Source of the DNA: Elusimicrobiota bacterium
Lineage (GTDB): Bacteria; Elusimicrobiota; Elusimicrobia; UBA1565; JACRDR01
NCBI GenBank assembly: GCA_041694815.1
Contig: JBGFSC010000029.1
Span: 1-64,000 of the forward strand
Direction: 5' to 3'
DNA: 64,000 nt
In this document: positions 18,226 to 27,006 of the stretch, in pieces
How positions within the stretch are numbered: the stretch's first letter is position 1
Layout: each line of letters begins with the position of its first letter
Notes under the pieces: model-generated
Told to the model about the DNA's origin: nothing
The model's database searches: none
What the model saw: the letters and a program-made list of their open reading frames with translations, nothing else
Program-made: the position numbers and the translations under genes

Positions 18226-19479
18226 TTAAGCCCAGAGCGGGCTGGCGACCATCGCGAGCGAGATGATGGTGAGGGCTCCGACCAGGCTCCAGGAAAGCAG
18301 ACGGAACCACAACGGGTTCTTGTACTCGCCCATGATGTCCTCGCGTCCCGAAAGGTCGAGGCAGAGCACGAGTACGGCGGGCAGCAGCAGCCCGTTGATC
18401 ACCTGAGACCAGTACATTACCTTTATAAGGGGAAAGCCGGGCCAGCACACCGTCAGCGCGCCGATGCCGATGAGCAGGCTGTAGAGCCCATAGAACTGAG
18501 GAGCCGTCTCGAAGCTGCGGTCGAGTCCCGTCTGCCAGCCCATGCCCTCGCAAACGCTGTAGGCTGTCGACAGCGGGAGGATCGAGGCGGCGAACAGGGA
18601 GGCGTTGAGCAGGCCGAACGCGAAAAGCGCCGAGCACCATTCGCCCGCGAGCGGCTTGAGGGCGAGCGCGGCCTGCGAGGCGTCCTCGACGCGTATGCCC
18701 GCCTCATGCAGCGTGCTCGAGCAGGAGACGATGATGAAGTAGGCGACGATGTTCGTGAAGATGCAGCCGAGCACGACGTCCAGGCGCGCGTAACGGTATT
18801 CCGAGAGCTTGATGCCCTTGTCCACCGTGGCCGCCTGCTGGTAGAACTGCATCCAGGGCGCGATCGTCGTGCCCACGAGCCCCACGAGCATGGTCAGATA
18901 GCCGCGGTCCAAGCGGAAGGTCGGGAAAAAGGTGTCTCGCGCGACCTGGTTCCAGTCCGGCTTGGCCAGGTACCCGGAAACGAGGTACGTGACGTAAAAG
19001 ACGCAGGCGCCTAAGAAGACTTTCTCCACGCGCTTGTAGTCGCCCTGCGTTACGAGCCACCAGACGAAGGCCGCCGCCGTGAAAACGCTCAGCACCTTGG
19101 GGACGCCGAAGATGCCGAGGCTGGCCGCGATGCCCGCGAACTCGGCGATGATGTTGGCGAGGTTCGTGGCGATGAGGCCGATCATTAGGTAAAAGGTCAC
19201 CTTGACCCCGTAGTTCTCGCGGATCAAGTCCGCGAGCCCCTTGCCGGTCACCACCCCCAGGCGCGCGACGAGCTCCTGGACGAGGATCAGCATCGCGGTG
19301 ATGGGTATCATCGTCCACAGCAGGAGATTGCCGTAATGCGCGCCGGCCAGCGTGTAGGTGGTTATGCCGCCGGCGTCGTTGTCGACGTTGGCCGTGATGA
19401 TGCCGGGGCCCATGACCGAGACGAAGACGACGGCGTTGCGCCACCAGCTGCGGCTCTTGATGAGCTCGCCGAGCTTCAT
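18226..19479 (-). CDS. Nramp (SLC11) family divalent cation transporter, NRMT/Mg-type
   Basis: GPGIITANVDNDAGGITTY (in place of DPGN), QELVARLGVVTGKGL, GTTIAPWMQF; about 11 TM. Confidence 0.9.
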   Translation of the reverse strand: MKLGELIKSRSWWRNAVVFVSVMGPGIITANVDNDAGGITTYTLAGAHYGNLLLWTMIPITAMLILVQELVARLGVVTGKGLADLIRENYGVKVTFYLMIGLIATNLANIIAEFAGIAASLGIFGVPKVLSVFTAAAFVWWLVTQGDYKRVEKVFLGACVFYVTYLVSGYLAKPDWNQVARDTFFPTFRLDRGYLTMLVGLVGTTIAPWMQFYQQAATVDKGIKLSEYRYARLDVVLGCIFTNIVAYFIIVSCSSTLHEAGIRVEDASQAALALKPLAGEWCSALFAFGLLNASLFAASILPLSTAYSVCEGMGWQTGLDRSFETAPQFYGLYSLLIGIGALTVCWPGFPLIKVMYWSQVINGLLLPAVLVLCLDLSGREDIMGEYKNPLWFRLLSWSLVGALTIISLAMVASPLWA

Positions 19480-20795
19480 GCGGACGCCGGGGGGGCGCTC
19501 GCGCGGGTCACGCGCAGGCGCCGGCGCCAGGCCAGGGGGATGAGCCTGGCGAGGATCTCATCGAGCGTGATGACTCCCTGCAGCCGCCGGTCCCTGCCGT
19601 TGTCGACCACCGGGATCGAGGGAAGCTTGTACTTCTCCATCACGTAGGCCACCTCGCGGAAGCTGTCCTTGGCGCGCACGTAGACGGGCTTATGCAGCGC
19701 GTATTGAGCGAGCGGGTCGTCCGGCGAGGCGAGCAGCAGGCGTTTGAGGGGGACCTGGCCCGCGAGGCGGCCTTCCCCTTCGAGAAGGAAGATGAAGTGG
19801 ATGGTGTCGAGCGCCTCGGGTGACTGCCGCACGCGCTGCAAGGCGGCGCCCGCGAGCGTGTCGTGGGGCATGGCCAAAAACTCCGTCGTCATCAACCCTC
19901 CGGCGGAGTCACTCGTATATCCCAAGAGCGTCGATAGGCGCCGCGCGGTGGAATTTTCCATCAACGCGAGCAGGCTGTCGGCCACCGACTTGGGAAGGTC
20001 CTCGATTAAGTCCACGGTCTGATTGGCCGGGACTCGGGACAAGAGATCGGCCGCTTCCTGGAGGTCCATGTTCTCGAGCAGCTCTTTTTGTATGTTCAAC
20101 GGGAGCTCCGAGAACACTTTCGGGCGCAGCTCCGCCGCGATGGACTTAAACAGCGCCGTCCGGCGGTAGACATCGAGCGTCTCCATGATGTCGCCGAAGT
20201 CCGGCTGGGGGATGAGCGCGAGCTGCTTCTGGTTGACCGTCAATTTGAGCGTTCCCTTCTGGACGTTCATGGCCAAGGGCTGCACCAGGCTCCACTGGAT
20301 GAGGGCATCCTTGAGGTATTCGGTCCTCGCCAAGAACAGGGAGGCCATCGGGTCCACCCACCATTGCCAGCCCAGGCGGCGGACGATGCCACGCAGGCCG
20401 ACATCGACGTGGTGGAGCCGCAGCTCCGTTCCAAGCTTGAGCATGCGGACGTCGTTGACCCGGATGACCTTCTGTCCGTCGGTGTCGACCACCTGCTGGT
20501 CGAGTATGTCGCGCACCAGGGTCAGGTCGCAGGCGGGTTTCGAGGGCCCGAAGGCGAGCTCCTCGGCGCCGACCGACAGATCGAAACCCCCGTCGACGGA
20601 GGCGACATCCTTCCAGGAGACCAGCGCGTACTGGCGGCGGAGCCAGCCCCGGCGCAGCAGCAGCTGCGTGGCACGCGGGTAGCTTTCCTGGGAGGAGAGG
20701 GCAAGGTCGCACATGCGCCCCACGGGCCGTCCGGACTTGTCGCGTACCTCGCGGTGGAGGAGATCGGCGAAAAATATAGCCTGCGCCTCGTTCAC
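19476..20795 (-). CDS. MgtE N-terminal + CBS-pair soluble protein with PRC-barrel-like N-terminus
   Basis: DILDQQVVDTDGQKVIRVNDV, LLGYTSDSAGGLMTTEF, IPVVD...GVITLDEIL; no TM; GTG 20795; 4-nt overlap with the Nramp gene. Confidence 0.85.
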   Translation of the reverse strand: MNEAQAIFFADLLHREVRDKSGRPVGRMCDLALSSQESYPRATQLLLRRGWLRRQYALVSWKDVASVDGGFDLSVGAEELAFGPSKPACDLTLVRDILDQQVVDTDGQKVIRVNDVRMLKLGTELRLHHVDVGLRGIVRRLGWQWWVDPMASLFLARTEYLKDALIQWSLVQPLAMNVQKGTLKLTVNQKQLALIPQPDFGDIMETLDVYRRTALFKSIAAELRPKVFSELPLNIQKELLENMDLQEAADLLSRVPANQTVDLIEDLPKSVADSLLALMENSTARRLSTLLGYTSDSAGGLMTTEFLAMPHDTLAGAALQRVRQSPEALDTIHFIFLLEGEGRLAGQVPLKRLLLASPDDPLAQYALHKPVYVRAKDSFREVAYVMEKYKLPSIPVVDNGRDRRLQGVITLDEILARLIPLAWRRRLRVTRASAPPASA

Positions 20796-20862
20796 CGGGC
20801 CATAGTAACAAATCGCGCCCGGACTTGAAAATTTAACGGGGCGAGGCCTACACTGGGGCAAC

Positions 20863-22725
20863 GTGTCCCTTCGATTCTGGATCTTCAAGGATGCCGAGAT
20901 CGCCGGTCCCTACAGCCGCGAAGACCTGGCCGCCCAAGGGCTGCTTCCGGAGTCGCTGGTCTGCCCCGAGGGAGCCGCTGGGATCCGGGACGAGGACTGG
21001 CGCAGCGCCTCCGAGATCGCGGAGCTCTCGGGCCTGATCTCCTCGAGCGTCGCCGTCGCCCCGCCGGAGCCGTCGGTCCCCGAGTTCCCGAGCGATGCGT
21101 TCGCCGCTCCCTTGCCCCTTCCGGAGGGCGCTCCCCGGCCTTTCGAGGACCCCGAGCTCCGCAAGCAATGGCGCGAGCTGTTGGATTCCGCCTCGCGCAA
21201 CCAGGCCGATTTGGACGTCGCGCGCGAGCGCTGCGAGCGGCTGGAAAAAGAGCTGCGTTCGCTTCAGGCCGCGGTGGAGGGCTACGAGAGGCGGCAGAAC
21301 GAGATGCTCGAGCATTTAAGCAAGAAGGACAAGCAGCTCGAGGAGGCCCTTCGGCTGCTGGAGGAGGCTCGCCGGAATGTCGCGGAGCCAAGCCTCGCAG
21401 GAGAGGCCCGCGCGCCGGAGCCCGCCGTCATGGAGCCGGCGGAGCGGGAAAATCTCGCGCCGCCGAGGCTCGAGGACCCGGCTCCGGTGATCGAGGAGGA
21501 GGCGCCCGCCGTCCCGCGCGCGCCGGAGTCTGCGCCGGAGCCTCCGGCCACGGAGCAGGGCTTCGAATTGCCGCCGGTGATCCGTCTTAAGCCCGCGCGG
21601 CGCGAGCCCACGATCAGCGATTTCACTCCTCCGGAGCCCGCGCCTCGCGTCCCGATCGGGAGTGTGGAGACCCCGCCGCCTCAAGCCGTTCCGGAGGAAC
21701 CGACGCCGCTGCCGGGAGTATTTCCCGCGCAGCCTGAGATATCCGTGGAGCCTCCCGCGGCTCCGGAGCCGGCCGAGGAGCCGCAAATACGGGTACGATT
21801 GGAAGAGGACGTTCACGATGCTCCCCTACCTCAGGGGCCGGTCGAGTTGGCGGGCCCGCTGACGGCCGTCTCCTCGGTAGCCCAGGCGGCGGTCGAGCCC
21901 GGCGAGCCCACGCCTCCGCCGGCCGCTCCGGCCACGGCCCCCACTCCGGCGCCCAAGAGCCCGGCCCGTTTTAGGAGCCGCAGTTTCGTTTTCACGGTCA
22001 GCGCCGCCTTCATCGTGTTGATCTTGGCCGGGGCCTTGTTTTTCAAGGACCCCAAAAGCTCCGGCGTCCTCTTCAACATGGGGAAGAAATACCGCCCGCC
22101 TGAACCCGATGCCATGATGGGGCTCGATTCGCCGGCGACCGCCGAGAGCGCCGCGCCGCCCCCGGCGCCGGTTTCGCCTCCCGCCCCGGCGCCCACGCCG
22201 GCTCCGGCGCCCGAGACTGCGCCGGCTCCAGCGCCGTCGCGCGATTACATCGCGGACAGTTCGCTTAAAGCGATCGAATTCGTCAAGAAGTACGAGCTCG
22301 GCGGAGAGCGCCGCAGCGTCGCCGAGTGGCTCCAGTACTCGTTTCTGACCTCTGAGAACGAGGAGGAATGGTCGGCCGGCGCCCTGGAGGCGGACGTATA
22401 TTTGGTTTCCTATCGGGTCTTCAAGGGCGGTAAATCGAACGGGTCCGCGCCGATCAGCTACATTTTCGAGGCCGACCTGGCCAAGAAAACCCTGCGCGGC
22501 CATAATCAGGCGGCTCGAGAGTTGTTGGCCGGGCCGGCCCCCAAGAAAAAGGCCCGCAAGCGCCGGCCAGACGACGGCAAGGTTCCCTTATTGCCGTTGC
22601 CCGACTTGCCTCCCGCCACGCCCGCCGAAAACGGCGAGGATTCGATGCGCTCCGCCGCCGAGCCTTCGCCGGCCCCTGAAGCCCCGAGCGAAGACGAGGG
22701 CACCGTTGGCTCCGTCGCGCCATAA
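20863..22725 (+). CDS. GYF_2 (DUF4339)-like domain, coiled-coil, Pro-rich, single-TM protein
   Basis: FWIFKDAEIAGPYSREDL...PESLVCPEG...DWRSASEIAEL; coiled coil; long P/E/A linker; TM FVFTVSAAFIVLILAGALFF; small extracytoplasmic domain. Confidence 0.75.
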   Translation: MSLRFWIFKDAEIAGPYSREDLAAQGLLPESLVCPEGAAGIRDEDWRSASEIAELSGLISSSVAVAPPEPSVPEFPSDAFAAPLPLPEGAPRPFEDPELRKQWRELLDSASRNQADLDVARERCERLEKELRSLQAAVEGYERRQNEMLEHLSKKDKQLEEALRLLEEARRNVAEPSLAGEARAPEPAVMEPAERENLAPPRLEDPAPVIEEEAPAVPRAPESAPEPPATEQGFELPPVIRLKPARREPTISDFTPPEPAPRVPIGSVETPPPQAVPEEPTPLPGVFPAQPEISVEPPAAPEPAEEPQIRVRLEEDVHDAPLPQGPVELAGPLTAVSSVAQAAVEPGEPTPPPAAPATAPTPAPKSPARFRSRSFVFTVSAAFIVLILAGALFFKDPKSSGVLFNMGKKYRPPEPDAMMGLDSPATAESAAPPPAPVSPPAPAPTPAPAPETAPAPAPSRDYIADSSLKAIEFVKKYELGGERRSVAEWLQYSFLTSENEEEWSAGALEADVYLVSYRVFKGGKSNGSAPISYIFEADLAKKTLRGHNQAARELLAGPAPKKKARKRRPDDGKVPLLPLPDLPPATPAENGEDSMRSAAEPSPAPEAPSEDEGTVGSVAP

Positions 22726-22743
22726 CCGCGTTAGAGCGCGGCA

Positions 22744-22772
22744 TTGACTTTTGGGGCTTTAGGGGCTACCTT
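22744..22772 (+). promoter_or_regulatory. sigma70-type promoter for pilT-pilC
   Basis: TTGACT (22744-22749), 17 nt, TACCTT (22767-22772), 10 nt before ATG 22783. Confidence 0.6.
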
Positions 22773-22782
22773 TAATAACGTT

Positions 22783-23859
22783 ATGCCCGTGTCGATGAGC
22801 GAGCTCTTCGCGATGATGACGCAGCGCGGAGCCTCCGACCTACACCTCACCGCGGGCGCCCCGCCGATCCTTCGCGTCGACGGCAATCTGCTAGCGACCC
22901 CCTTCGATAAGTTGACCCCGGAGACGACGCAGACGCTCATCTATTCCCTTATGACGGATCAACAGCGCCACCGATTCGAGGCCACCAACGAGCTCGACAT
23001 CGCCTTCGGCCTCAAGGGAGTCGGGCGGCTGCGCATGAACGTGTTCCGCCAGCGCGGCGCCATCGGCGCCGCGATCCGCTCCATCCCCGCCAACTTCAAG
23101 ACCTTCGAGGAGCTGGGCATGCCCGCCGTGATTCACGACATCATGAAGTATTCCAAGGGCCTCGTGCTCCTGACCGGGCCGACGGGCTCGGGGAAATCGA
23201 CCACCCTGGCGAGCATGATCGACTATTTGAACGAGCAGCGCAGCGTTCACATCGTCACGATCGAGGACCCCATCGAGTACGTCCACAGCCACAAGCGCAG
23301 CCTGGTCAACCAGCGTGAGGTGGGGGCCGACACCGAGAACTTCGCCGCGGCCCTGCGGCACGTGCTCCGCCAGGACCCCAACGTCATCTTGATCGGCGAG
23401 CTGCGGGATTTGGAGACGATCTCGGCCGCGCTCAGCATCGCGGAGACGGGACACCTGGTCTTCGCGACGCTGCATACCACCGATTGCGCCCAGACCATCA
23501 ACCGAATCATCGACGTCTTCCCGCCCAACCAGCAGGCGCAGATCCGGGTGCAGCTTTCCTTCGTGCTCCAGGCCGTGCTCTCGCAGCAGCTATTGCCGCA
23601 CGCTGCGGGAACGGGTCGCGTACTCGCCTGCGAGGTCCTGGTGGTGACCTCCGCCATCCGCAACCTGGTGCGGGACCAGAAGGTGGAGCAGATCCAGATG
23701 ACGATACAAACGGGCGGAAAATTCGGGATGCAAACCATGAACCAATCCCTCGCCGACCTATGCCGGCAGCAGCGCATCTCCTATCAGGAAGCCTTGATGC
23801 GCTCCACCGATCCCGAGGATTTAAAGCGTCTCATGCAGCGGGGACTCGCGCCCGCTTAA
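22783..23859 (+). CDS. pilT: Type IV pilus retraction ATPase PilT
   Basis: GASDLHL, GPTGSGKSTT, TIEDPIE, LRQDPNVILIGELRD, ETGHLVFATLHT, AIRNLVRD, GMQTM. Confidence 0.97.
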   Translation: MPVSMSELFAMMTQRGASDLHLTAGAPPILRVDGNLLATPFDKLTPETTQTLIYSLMTDQQRHRFEATNELDIAFGLKGVGRLRMNVFRQRGAIGAAIRSIPANFKTFEELGMPAVIHDIMKYSKGLVLLTGPTGSGKSTTLASMIDYLNEQRSVHIVTIEDPIEYVHSHKRSLVNQREVGADTENFAAALRHVLRQDPNVILIGELRDLETISAALSIAETGHLVFATLHTTDCAQTINRIIDVFPPNQQAQIRVQLSFVLQAVLSQQLLPHAAGTGRVLACEVLVVTSAIRNLVRDQKVEQIQMTIQTGGKFGMQTMNQSLADLCRQQRISYQEALMRSTDPEDLKRLMQRGLAPA

Positions 23860-23865
23860 CGGAGC

Positions 23866-25083
23866 ATGCCGACATACGCCTATAAAGCCAAGGGTGCCGA
23901 CGGGGCGGTCGTAACCGGGACCGTCGACGCGCACGAGCAGCGCGCGGCGGTCGAGCGCCTGCGCCAGCAGAAGCTGATGGTCACCGAGATCGCCGAGAAG
24001 GCCGCCAGCCCGCTCGACGCCATCAATATTTTCAAGAAGAAGAAGGAGGTCCATTCGAAGGACCTCGTGCTCTTCTCGCGGCAGCTCTCCACCCTGGTCT
24101 CGGCGGGCGTGCCCATCGTGCAGGGCCTCGCCATCCTGGAGGAGCAGGCCGAGAACCCCGCCTTCCGCGAGGTGCTGGCCATCGTTCGCGGCGACATCGA
24201 GGGGGGCTTGTCGATCTCCGACGCGCTCAAGAAGCACCCGCAGGCCTTCCCGGATATTTACACCGCGATGATCCGAGCCGGCGAGCTGGGCGGCATCCTC
24301 GACACCATCTTGGAGCGCTTGAGCGTTTTCCTCGAGAACTCCGAGGCCCTCAAGGCCAAGGTCAAGAGCGCGATGATGTACCCCATCATCGTGCTTTCCA
24401 TCTGCGGCGTGGTCACGCTCTTTTTGCTCGTCTTCGTGATCCCGACCTTCAAGGCCATCTTCGACGGCTTCGGGGCCGAGCTGCCTACGCCCACCCAGAT
24501 GCTCATCGACCTCTCCGAGGTGCTCAAGCGGTATTTTTACGTCGTCGTCGCGATGCCCTTCGGGATCAAGTACGCCGTCAAGAAGTATTACGCCACCCCG
24601 GCCGGCCACCACGTCATCGACGCCTATTTGCTCAAGGCACCGGTGTTCGGGATACTGCTCAAGAAGGTCGCGGTTGCCAAGTTCACGCGCACGCTCGGCA
24701 CCCTGGTGCGCTCGGGCGTGCCCATCCTGCAGGCGCTCGAGACCGTGGCCGCGACGGCGGGCAACATCATCATCGAGGAGGCGGTGCTCAAGACCCGCGA
24801 GGTGATCCGCGAGGGCGGGCGCCTGGCCGATCCCCTCAAGGCCTCCAACCTCTTCCCCGCGATGGTCACGCAGATGATCAAGGTAGGCGAGGAGACGGGC
24901 GCGCTGGATACCATGCTCATCAAGATCGCCGATTTCTACGACCAGGAAGTGGACACCGCCGTCAAGGGCCTCACCTCGCTGATCGAGCCCATCGTCATCG
25001 TCGTCATGGGCGTCGTCATCGGCACCATCGTCGTGTGCATGATGCTTCCCATGCTCACGCTGGGAACCCTCGTCAAGGATTAA
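23866..25083 (+). CDS. pilC: Type IV pilus platform protein PilC (T2SS F family)
   Basis: FSRQLSTLVSAGVP, GELGGILD, SAMMYP, VGEETGALD, LIEP. Confidence 0.97.
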   Translation: MPTYAYKAKGADGAVVTGTVDAHEQRAAVERLRQQKLMVTEIAEKAASPLDAINIFKKKKEVHSKDLVLFSRQLSTLVSAGVPIVQGLAILEEQAENPAFREVLAIVRGDIEGGLSISDALKKHPQAFPDIYTAMIRAGELGGILDTILERLSVFLENSEALKAKVKSAMMYPIIVLSICGVVTLFLLVFVIPTFKAIFDGFGAELPTPTQMLIDLSEVLKRYFYVVVAMPFGIKYAVKKYYATPAGHHVIDAYLLKAPVFGILLKKVAVAKFTRTLGTLVRSGVPILQALETVAATAGNIIIEEAVLKTREVIREGGRLADPLKASNLFPAMVTQMIKVGEETGALDTMLIKIADFYDQEVDTAVKGLTSLIEPIVIVVMGVVIGTIVVCMMLPMLTLGTLVKD

Positions 25084-25086
25084 GAA

Positions 25087-25392
25087 TTAAACGAGAGCCC
25101 TTTCCTGAGCTAGGAGCCGGCGTTTCGTCCTAAGGCCGCCGCGGCCGGAATAGCCGCCCAGGCGGCCGTCGGCGGCGATCACGCGGTGGCACGGCACGAG
25201 GGGCGCGAAGGGGTTTCTGGCCAGAGCCGTTCCAACGGCGCGCGCCGCGCCCGGATGGCCGATGCGCCGCGCGAGCTCCCCGTAGCTTAAAACCCCGCCT
25301 TTCGGGATCCTCGCGCACGCGAGCCAGACCTTCCGGTAAAACGGCGGGTATTTCGACATGGCCTTCAGTATTTTTCCGGACAGCGCGCTCAT
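25087..25392 (-). CDS. ogt: Single-domain O6-alkylguanine DNA alkyltransferase (MGMT C-terminal domain)
   Basis: IPKGGVLSYGELA, AARAVGTALARNP, PCHRV active site, LGGYSG; 101 aa. Confidence 0.9.
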   Translation of the reverse strand: MSALSGKILKAMSKYPPFYRKVWLACARIPKGGVLSYGELARRIGHPGAARAVGTALARNPFAPLVPCHRVIAADGRLGGYSGRGGLRTKRRLLAQERALV

Positions 25393-26726
25393 GCGTCCTC
25401 CAGGATCTTCTTTTTGCGGAGCAGGCGATGGTACTTCACGGCGAAGCGATGCGCCTCGTCGCGCAGGCGTTGTAGCAAATGCAGGGCCGGGCTGTCCTGC
25501 GCGAGGACGACGGGGTCAGCCCGGGACGGCAGGAACACCTCCTCCTGCCGCTTGGCCAAGGCGGCCAGGGGAAGGCGCAGCTTGAGCTCCGCGAGTGCCT
25601 CGACGGCCACGGAGAGCTGCCCCTTGCCCCCGTCGATGAGCACCAGATCGGGCAGGGGCGAGCCCGAATCCCGCATCCTTCGGTAGCGGCGGCCGACCAC
25701 CTCCTTCATCGAGCGGAAATCGTCGACGCCGGAGACGGTCTTGATCCGAAAGCGCCGGTAATGGCCCTTGTGCGGCTCGCCGCCCTTGAAGCAGACCATG
25801 GAGCCCACGGTCTCAAGCCCCGAGAAATGCGAGATGTCGAAGGCCTCCACGTGGTGCGGGGGGCGCTCGAGCCCGAGCGCCGCCTGCAGCTCGCTGACCC
25901 CTCGGGAGGAGAGCAGGCTCTCCTCCATGCGCTCGGGGCTCACCTGCTCGCAGCGGACGCGCTCGCCGATGTGGGCGATGGCGTCGAGATTGTCGCGCAG
26001 CTGCGCGGCGCGCTCGTAATCAAGGGCCTTCGAGGCGGTCCGCATCTCCCGCTGCCACGCGCGGCGGAGCTTGCCGTATTTGCCTTGGAAGAAGAACACC
26101 GCCTCCTGGGCGATGCGGCGGTAGGCGCGGCGCGTAATCCGCTCCGCGCAGGGGGCGGGGCATTCCCGCGTGTGGTAATACAGGCATCCCTTGATCTTCT
26201 TGTCGGCCAGCGGCTTTTTCGCCGAGAACTCCCAGTCGCACGGCCGCAGGGCGAAGAAGCGCCGGCGCCATAGTTGGACGAGCAGGTGCCTGACCGGGGC
26301 GACCTTGGGGTAGGGCCCGAAGTACGCGGCCCCGTCGTCCTTTTTCTGCCGCGTCAGGAATATCCGGGGATAATCCTCGTTGAGGGTGATCTTGACGTAG
26401 GGGTAGGACTTGTCGTCCTTCCACATCGAGTTGAAGAAGGGCTGATGCTTCAGGATGAGCCGCCGCTCCCAGATCAGGGATTCGCGCTCGGAGGCGCAGG
26501 GAACGTAGTCGATCTTGCGCACCAGCGGGGCCAGGAGGGTCGTCTTGATGTCGCCTTCCTTGGGGGTGAAGTATTGCGCCACGCGCCGTGCCAAGTCCTT
26601 GGCCTTGCCGACGTAGAGCACGTCCATCGAGGCGTCGCGCAGCAGGTAGACCCCGCAGGCGTGCGGCAAATGCCGCCGTTCGGGCTCATTGACGGGGCTG
26701 TATTGAAATGGTTTAATGCCGTCCAT
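25389..26726 (-). CDS. uvrC: Excinuclease ABC subunit C, lacking the C-terminal HhH
   Basis: GIY-YIG (GVYL..LYVGKAKDL), DDKSYPY, 4-Cys region, YERAAQLRD, EAFDISH, LIDGGKGQ, RDEAHRFA. Start uncertain (ATG 26726 used). Confidence 0.93.
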   Translation of the reverse strand: MDGIKPFQYSPVNEPERRHLPHACGVYLLRDASMDVLYVGKAKDLARRVAQYFTPKEGDIKTTLLAPLVRKIDYVPCASERESLIWERRLILKHQPFFNSMWKDDKSYPYVKITLNEDYPRIFLTRQKKDDGAAYFGPYPKVAPVRHLLVQLWRRRFFALRPCDWEFSAKKPLADKKIKGCLYYHTRECPAPCAERITRRAYRRIAQEAVFFFQGKYGKLRRAWQREMRTASKALDYERAAQLRDNLDAIAHIGERVRCEQVSPERMEESLLSSRGVSELQAALGLERPPHHVEAFDISHFSGLETVGSMVCFKGGEPHKGHYRRFRIKTVSGVDDFRSMKEVVGRRYRRMRDSGSPLPDLVLIDGGKGQLSVAVEALAELKLRLPLAALAKRQEEVFLPSRADPVVLAQDSPALHLLQRLRDEAHRFAVKYHRLLRKKKILEDA

Positions 26727-27006
26727 GGCGAAACTCAAGACCGGCAGGCATACGGGAGCCCTCAAGGCGGCCCGGCAGGCCTACCGGCGCATGCTGCGCA
26801 ACCGCGGGATCAAGAAGTCGGTCCGGGCGGCGGCCAAGGGATTCTTCGACGCCGCCGCCAAGAAGGACAAGGCCGGCGCTGAGAAGCTCCTCGCGGAAGC
26901 CTCCTCCGCCTGGGACAAGGCGGCCAAGACGGGCACCATCCACTGGAAGGCGGCCGCCCGCAAGAAGTCCCGCATGGCCCGCCTCGCCCATAAGCTCGCC
27001 GCCTAA
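26725..27006 (+). CDS. rpsT: 30S ribosomal protein S20
   Basis: ALKAARQAYRRMLRNRGIKKSVR...DKAAKTGTIHWKAAARKKSRMA; convergent to holA as commonly seen. Confidence 0.92.
   Translation: MAKLKTGRHTGALKAARQAYRRMLRNRGIKKSVRAAAKGFFDAAAKKDKAGAEKLLAEASSAWDKAAKTGTIHWKAAARKKSRMARLAHKLAA

Noticed and set aside
22140..22240. GC-rich short repeats (CCGGCGCC/CCGGCTCC)
   Set aside because: These simply encode the Pro-Ala linker of the GYF-domain protein.
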